Of a stretch of DNA of 28,068 nucleotides, positions 27,135 through 28,068 are shown piece by piece. Location: IMG/VR virus record IMGVR_UViG_3300025674_000283, positions 1 through 28,068 of that record; one strand, given 5' to 3'. The stretch's first letter is position 1; the number at the start of each line of letters is the position of its first letter. Below the pieces are notes generated by a model. That model worked only from the letters and a program-made list of their open reading frames with translations. It searched no databases and was not told the DNA's origin. Made by a program: the position numbers and the translations under genes. This DNA is from a virus (lineage: Duplodnaviria; Caudoviricetes).

Positions 27135-27544
27135 TAGATTACATCATCCATGTCGATAGCCCCGCCATCTCCATCCTTATCATAAACAGCAACCTCAGTA
27201 ATCAGTAGCTTGGACAGACTAGCTGATGTACCTTTCTTGCCTTTAAAGTCCCAATGATATGGCTTGAGAGCCGCGTTAGCTTTACTACCATTACCAATCA
27301 AAGCAGAGTCTACCGAGTCTGTGTTAGAGAACGCAGGTACGATTGGATGCTTTGACTTAACAGTAACATAGTTACCCCTATCATCACCTTTGTTGTGAAC
27401 TTCAATGCCCATGCTCGACAGCACTTCTACTGCCTTAGAGGATAGCTTACCTACATCCACCTGATACTTGCCTGACATCTCATTAGGCTTGCTCAAGAAA
27501 GGCCAATGAATTTCACATGATACTACAACTGGTTTATCGTTCAT
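27134..27544 (-). CDS. Single-stranded DNA-binding protein (T7 gp2.5-like)
   Basis: WPFL..PNEMSGKYQVD, IGNGS, acidic C-tail DMDDVI; lies between polymerase and exonuclease. Confidence 0.82.
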   Translation of the reverse strand: MNDKPVVVSCEIHWPFLSKPNEMSGKYQVDVGKLSSKAVEVLSSMGIEVHNKGDDRGNYVTVKSKHPIVPAFSNTDSVDSALIGNGSKANAALKPYHWDFKGKKGTSASLSKLLITEVAVYDKDGDGGAIDMDDVI

Positions 27545-27636
27545 ATTAGTTTACCTTTGTATTTAACTATTAAGATTATGTTGCATTCTTTAGATTACAT
27601 TAAACGTAATCCATTGAAAGTTAATTAATTATTTAA

Positions 27637-27720
27637 CTTTATAGTAATATTATAGCATGTATTTCACCTCCTGTAAAGTCTTTATAGTAAATAAATAGTA
27701 CACAGCCCTCCCTATAGTAA
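27637..27720. repeat. Direct repeats flanking the SSB promoter
   Basis: CTTTATAGTAA at 27637-27647 and 27680-27690; CCCTATAGTAA at 27710-27720. Confidence 0.7.
27649..27677 (-). promoter_or_regulatory. Sigma70-type promoter for SSB-exonuclease-nrdJ genes
   Basis: Minus strand TTTACA (27677-27672), 17 nt spacer, TGn then TATAAT (27654-27649). Confidence 0.85.
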
Positions 27721-27725
27721 GATAA

Positions 27726-28067
27726 TTAGTGAGTAGCACTCCAGTTAGACCCAACACGATACTCTGCATCCATTGGACAACGCATCTTTAACTCAACACC
27801 TGCATCAATGATTGCTTGTCGTGCAACCTGACCAACAACGTCAGCATCTTCTGGTTTAGTCTCGATCTGGAACTCATCGTGTACCTGAGCAACAAGCTTG
27901 TAGAATACACCAAGCTCATCGAGTTTGTTACAACAGTTACGCACAGCAACTTTCATTACAATAGCACCACAGCTTTGCAACAGTCTGTTAAGTGCCTTGT
28001 AGTCCTCGTCAACTTTAATCATACGACCATCAATACCATTGATACGTTTGGTACGTTGAGCAACACC
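27726..28067 (-). CDS. polA: Family A DNA polymerase, C-terminal part (continues beyond window)
   Basis: Frame open to window edge: GIDGR, ALNRLLQSCGAIVMK, motif C VHDEFQ, G.NW..TH end typical of T7-like polymerases. Confidence 0.95.
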   Translation of the reverse strand, partial: GVAQRTKRINGIDGRMIKVDEDYKALNRLLQSCGAIVMKVAVRNCCNKLDELGVFYKLVAQVHDEFQIETKPEDADVVGQVARQAIIDAGVELKMRCPMDAEYRVGSNWSATH

Positions 28068-28068
28068 T

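Noticed and set aside
27650-27703. 17-codon GTG ORF (VYYLFTIKTLQEVKYML) on the minus strand ending at the minigene stop
   Set aside because: GGAGG is only 3 nt from the GTG, too close for efficient initiation
22483-28068. Inteins or introns in nrdJ, polymerase fragment (and terL)
   Set aside because: Reading frames are continuous and compact, with no splice motifs or insertions seen
1-28068. tRNA, CRISPR array, integrase/att site, stop-codon recoding, capsid frameshift extension
   Set aside because: Intergenic gaps are too small or lack the patterns; genes are full length in the standard code using all three stops; capsid ends TAATAA followed directly by a terminator

Overview
A 28 kb segment of a dsDNA tailed phage of podovirus type, probably aquatic (inference), with two convergent arms. 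The + arm (1-22430) is morphogenesis: end of a probable small terminase, large terminase, portal, scaffold, SU10/DUF5309-type major capsid, adaptor, long tail fibre, an unexplained four-gene membrane/exported-protein cassette, four very basic small proteins, a His-rich short fibre, nozzle, probable needle, GNAT-like protein, ejection proteins with a pesticin-type muramidase, and a 3TM holin. The - arm (28068-22483) is T7-like replication and nucleotide metabolism: family A DNA polymerase (partial), SSB, 5'-3' exonuclease, HNH nuclease, metallophosphoesterase, DUF3310 protein and a class II (B12) ribonucleotide reductase. The arms meet at a bidirectional terminator. Two near-identical sigma70-type promoters precede the scaffold-capsid genes and the SSB gene. 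The best candidates for undescribed biology are the envelope-targeted cassette at 9804-11851 and the adjacent basic-protein cluster at 11860-12687. Also notable are avoidance of GCWGC/CCGG/CCWGG and a structured pol-SSB intergenic region containing a Met-Leu-stop minigene. All family calls come from motif recognition by eye; no database search was run.
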